Assembly (NCBI RefSeq): GCF_036971445.1
Contig: NC_091480.1
Location: 65,968,001 to 66,032,000, forward strand
Length of the DNA: 64,000 nt
Source of the DNA: Narcine bancroftii
Taxonomy: Eukaryota
Direction of reading: 5' to 3'
Position numbers and translations under genes: made by a program. How positions within the stretch are numbered: the first letter of the stretch is position 1; every line of letters begins with the position of its first letter. Positions 63,596-64,000 of this stretch are shown piece by piece. Under the pieces are notes generated by a model. That model worked only from the letters and a program-made list of their open reading frames with translations, had not been told where the DNA came from and made no database searches.

Positions 63596-63982
63596 ATGTC
63601 CTTAACAGGGATCAAGATAACAAGAAGCTCCTCCAGCAGATCAGGAGGACAACGAAGCTCCGGATTGGGACAATGGGGCGGGAGCCGCATGTCTTCCATA
63701 GGTGGAGGATTCAGATCGTCTGGAGGATACCAGGGTGCCGGGCGGGCTCAAAGTCTCATCCTGTCCAGTTCGAGAAGCTCGAGGTTGTCCCGCCCCTCCG
63801 GCATGGGGCTCGGTGTTGGTATGGGGCTCGGTGTTGGCATAGGGCTCGGTGTTGGCATGAAGACGGCTGTGGATCTGCACAGCCCCTTACCCAAAAATGA
63901 CCTCAGTCAGCAAGCCATTCGTCTCCAGGAGACGCAGCAGATCACTGGGCTCAACGACCGGTTTGCCTCTTTCATTGAGCAG
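63596..63982 (+). CDS. Divergent type II keratin, array copy 4, exon 1 (rest beyond the window)
   Basis: ATG at 63596, donor GT at 63983; three head repeats as in copy 1. Confidence 0.88.
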
Positions 63983-64000
63983 GTCAGTGCACCAGCTCTC

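Larger units (their letters stand above)
28119..64000 (+). repeat. Head-to-tail tandem array of a ~11.7-kb keratin-gene unit
   Basis: Units 28119-39845 (11727 bp), 39846-51543 (11698), 51544-63277 (11734) and 63278->64000; each starts cagcccgacacggccgtgcagc; near-identical throughout, including introns and TE relics. Confidence 0.97.

Overview
Vertebrate genomic DNA, most likely a cartilaginous fish (inferred from HE1/V-SINE-like, CR1/HER1-like, Rex1, RTE and Penelope-like repeats), inside a type II keratin cluster. 1783-7539 holds exons 5-9 of a keratin-8-like gene (+). About 7.7-28 kb is repeat-rich intergenic DNA, including a young full-length Gypsy element (176-bp LTRs, GTTAT TSD) nested in a solo LTR that is itself nested in a CR1 LINE. 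From 28119 to the window end lies a head-to-tail array of a ~11.7-kb unit (3 full copies plus the start of a 4th, near-identical by eye). Each full unit carries a complete, intact 9-exon gene for a divergent type II keratin (482-488 aa). The gene has a copy-variable G(M/I)GLGV head repeat and a solo LTR sitting 14 nt from the exon-5 acceptor. Each unit also has an N-masked tract at the same position. Several Penelope-derived repeats carry a variant minimal hammerhead ribozyme. No prokaryotic features, rRNA or CRISPR were seen.
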